From: Sanchytrium tribonematis
Lineage: Eukaryota
Assembly: GCA_018985235.1 (NCBI GenBank)
Contig: JADGIG010000014.1
Location: forward strand, 1 to 50,561
Direction of reading: 5' to 3'
DNA length: 50,561 bases
Part shown: positions 49,730 to 50,561 of the stretch, piece by piece
Numbering within the stretch: position 1 is the first letter of the stretch
Layout: every line of letters begins with the position of its first letter
Program-made: the position numbers and the translations under genes
Notes under the pieces: generated by a model
What the model saw: the letters and a program-made list of their open reading frames with translations, nothing else
Told to the model about the DNA's origin: nothing
Database searches by the model: none

Positions 49730-50520
49730 GTATGACCGTCCTGTTATAATATTGCTGCAACTCCATGGTCACATGCATCCACTTCTATCCTAAATGGGTT
49801 TTCAAAATTTGTGTGTTTAGGCAAAATGGGATATTTTTTCAACTCATTGATCGAAATTTCACTCCTTTGCGAAATGATAGCAAATTTTGAACAGAGCCTT
49901 AAAAATCACTAGCCGTATTGTTTGTTGGTGATTCAAAATCTAATATGGGGCAACTTGGTCTGACTTTGGTTTTACAACTTGCCCATTCTAATTGAATCTT
50001 AAATAAGTTGCACTGAGAAGCATAAAGTCCACATGTTGCAATACACCTTTAAATTGTTTTTCTCGGTCACTACTTTTGGTTATTGATTGAAAAATGTTTT
50101 GTAGCAATCTTCTAAATACTCCGATAGACAGTAGTCCTTCATTATATCTTTATCAATAATATTGATCGATAATCCTGAGTTCATTGGTTGGTCCTCAATC
50201 TGTACTGGTAGCCATGAGGTCTTTGCTGCCATTATTACAATTGCATGAGATCTATCAAAGTCCATATTTATTAGTATAATTTCGTGCCTAATATGGGGCA
50301 TTGCAAATATAACGTTTCAAACTTTTGTCCTTAATCTTGTTAAACCCTTCGGTTTTATATTTATTCTGATTATTATTATAGTTTGGTTTATTATTGTGGT
50401 TGCCTTTCCAACTGTTATTGTTGTTACTATTTTTATTATCTTTTCGATGGCTGCCACGAAACTGCTAGTATTCTGTGGTTGAATTGTGTTCTTTTTGCGG
50501 TTTGAATATAAGTGACCATA
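49730..50520 (-). mobile_element. Highly decayed Ty3/gypsy-type LTR retrotransposon relic (gag zinc knuckle, protease, RT end, RNase H fragments); boundaries approximate
   Basis: In minus-strand order: Asn-rich gag-like stretch then RYICNAPY*ARNY, MNSGLSINII, VKPKSDQVA/ILDFESPTN, and PILPKHTNFENPFRIEVDACDHGVAAIL*QDGH; many stops, frameshifts and deletions. Confidence 0.75.
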
Positions 50521-50561
50521 CATTTCTTTAATTGACTTATCCTTCTAACTTAGTGTCGCAT

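Noticed and set aside
50080..50523. ORFs 50080-50301 and 50317-50523 as genes
   Set aside because: Better explained as partly off-frame pieces of the retrotransposon relic.
1..50561. CRISPR arrays, tRNAs, rRNAs and prokaryotic operons or defence systems
   Set aside because: None seen; the sequence is eukaryotic nuclear DNA.

Overview
This is an AT-rich, extremely gene-dense eukaryotic nuclear segment using the standard genetic code. It carries about 36 protein-coding genes, with many intergenic gaps of only 3-45 bp and two gene overlaps. Fungal-type housekeeping genes occur with centriole/axoneme genes (CEP120-, CFAP45- and DNAL4-like) and ARPC3, which suggests a zoosporic early-diverging fungus or related holomycotan (inference). 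The main finding is seven ultra-small GT-AG spliceosomal introns of 19-20 nt. Removing each one restores the reading frame, and in most cases a recognisable family motif. All seven start GTA and carry a branch-point-like YTNAY with the A fixed 6 nt from the 3' end, and all lie in the 3' 40% of their CDS. Other points of note are AATAAA signals fused to stop codons, a head-to-head ZMAT2/PIG-Y pair whose start codons overlap, a 2350-aa repetitive beta-rich membrane-anchored protein, a possible PAS-like eIF2-alpha kinase, and a decayed Ty3/gypsy relic at the right end. All homology calls come from motif recognition by eye, not database searches.
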